Virus record (IMG/VR): IMGVR_UViG_3300025168_000038
Location: 32,001-96,000 of that record
DNA: 64,000 bases
DNA from: a virus
Reading direction: 5' to 3' (one strand)
Shown: positions 63,188 through 64,000 of the stretch, piece by piece
Layout of the letters: every line of letters starts with the position of its first letter
Numbering within the stretch: position 1 is the stretch's first letter
Translations under genes and position numbers: made by a program
The notes under the pieces: generated by a model
What the model saw: only the letters and a program-made list of their open reading frames with translations
Databases searched by the model: none
Told to the model about the DNA's origin: nothing

Positions 63188-63861
63188 TATTGTCTATTTA
63201 TATTACGTTTATTATCTGAATCCTCAGAAGGGATTTGCATTGTGCCTAACATTGTTTGTATAACTTGTGCCTCAATCTCTGCAAATAAAGCTTCAGGAAT
63301 ATATATAGGTTGTTCATATCTAGGAGTACAATCATCTGAAGTATCACAATTCCATTTTGTTATGTCAGAATTAAATACTCCTTCTACTTGTAGTGCATCC
63401 CAATTAATATTTGGTGAATATATATATCCATCTAACCACCAAAAATATAATGTTCTATTGTATTTAAATGAAGTTGTTTTAGTCATAGATGTATAAGTAC
63501 CAGGTTGAGTAGCTTGAAGCTCTTGTGAGCCATCTATAGAGCTTACAGTACGGATTAAAGGTCCCCAGTATCCTTCTATCATTGAAGGTAGTCTATGTTT
63601 AGAACGTTTTATAATACATCCACTTGTTATTCCTGAACAACCTGCTTCTACTTTATCTACTTCTATTAATTCTACATATGGTAAGTTTTTCCATACAGCA
63701 TTAAACTTCATTAATTTATTAGCATAATCTTGTCTTCTCATTAAGATTTGTGCAAACTTTTCTATTAAGCTATATATGTATCTGTCAGTTACAAATGCAT
63801 CTTGTACTTCTGCTTTAACTTGTCCTCTAATTCTTGATACTACTTCAGCTATTGTTGACAT
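63187..63861 (-). CDS. Tail ring/adaptor protein (224 aa)
   Basis: MSTIAEVVSRIR N-terminus, YFWWLDGYIY and C-terminal IPSEDSDN; TAATG-coupled to the next gene. Confidence 0.65.
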   Translation of the reverse strand: MSTIAEVVSRIRGQVKAEVQDAFVTDRYIYSLIEKFAQILMRRQDYANKLMKFNAVWKNLPYVELIEVDKVEAGCSGITSGCIIKRSKHRLPSMIEGYWGPLIRTVSSIDGSQELQATQPGTYTSMTKTTSFKYNRTLYFWWLDGYIYSPNINWDALQVEGVFNSDITKWNCDTSDDCTPRYEQPIYIPEALFAEIEAQVIQTMLGTMQIPSEDSDNKRNINRQ

Positions 63862-63866
63862 ATTAT

Positions 63867-63998
63867 TTATGTTTCAAATTCATTATAATATTTTAATTGT
63901 TCATTGGTCTCTTCAAGATTAGGATCATATAAATGAGCAACTCTGTATTTATTTTGCATAATAACATACTGTGTCCATTTTTTTGGATATTCTTTAGC
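63867..63998 (-). CDS. C-terminal fragment of a gene running off the window
   Basis: Open frame AKEYPKKWTQYVIMQNKYRVAHLYDPNLEETNEQLKYYNEFET* ending 5 nt before the next ATG. Confidence 0.6.
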   Translation of the reverse strand, partial: AKEYPKKWTQYVIMQNKYRVAHLYDPNLEETNEQLKYYNEFET

Positions 63999-64000
63999 TA

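Noticed and set aside
7424-63496. Numerous 60-155-aa + strand ORFs within the late block (e.g. 7424, 14722, 15426, 30078, 33180, 45995, 63242)
   Set aside because: They are antisense shadows of long, motif-bearing minus-strand genes and have no recognisable features.
1-64000. Stop-codon reassignment (TAG/TGA) as in some crAss-like phages
   Set aside because: Very long ORFs are intact in code 11, and TAG/TGA serve as real stops (e.g. 679, 20865, 28871, 2218) with tight gene packing.

Overview
64 kb segment of an AT-rich, crAss-like (Crassvirales-related) podophage that probably infects a Flavobacteriia/Bacteroidota host and uses the standard genetic code. Positions 1-6.46 kb (+) are a replication block: PD-(D/E)XK nuclease, family B DNA polymerase, SET-domain protein, DUF932 protein and dATP/dGTP diphosphohydrolase. 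Positions 6.55-64 kb (-) are a late/virion block: two tail ring proteins, a 2219-aa tail stabilisation/muzzle protein with a vWA insert, cargo proteins, a 4387-aa virion RNA polymerase (DFDID), a 1929-aa polyvalent protein, a three-gene envelope cassette, a holin and three fibre/adhesin proteins. A (+) strand nrdB-nrdA island with class Id signature residues interrupts this block. The most notable unexplained signals are: (1) a recurring [K/M]-x-x-x-G(G) motif that separates discrete modules in the cargo proteins, suggesting processed virion polyproteins; (2) several micro-ORFs missed by the ORF track, including a 27-aa CDGSH Fe-S peptide; (3) a 101-nt element with a 24-bp stem at the early/late convergence point; (4) an OM beta-barrel plus redox-dead thioredoxin cassette. 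All family calls come from motif recognition by eye, with no database search.
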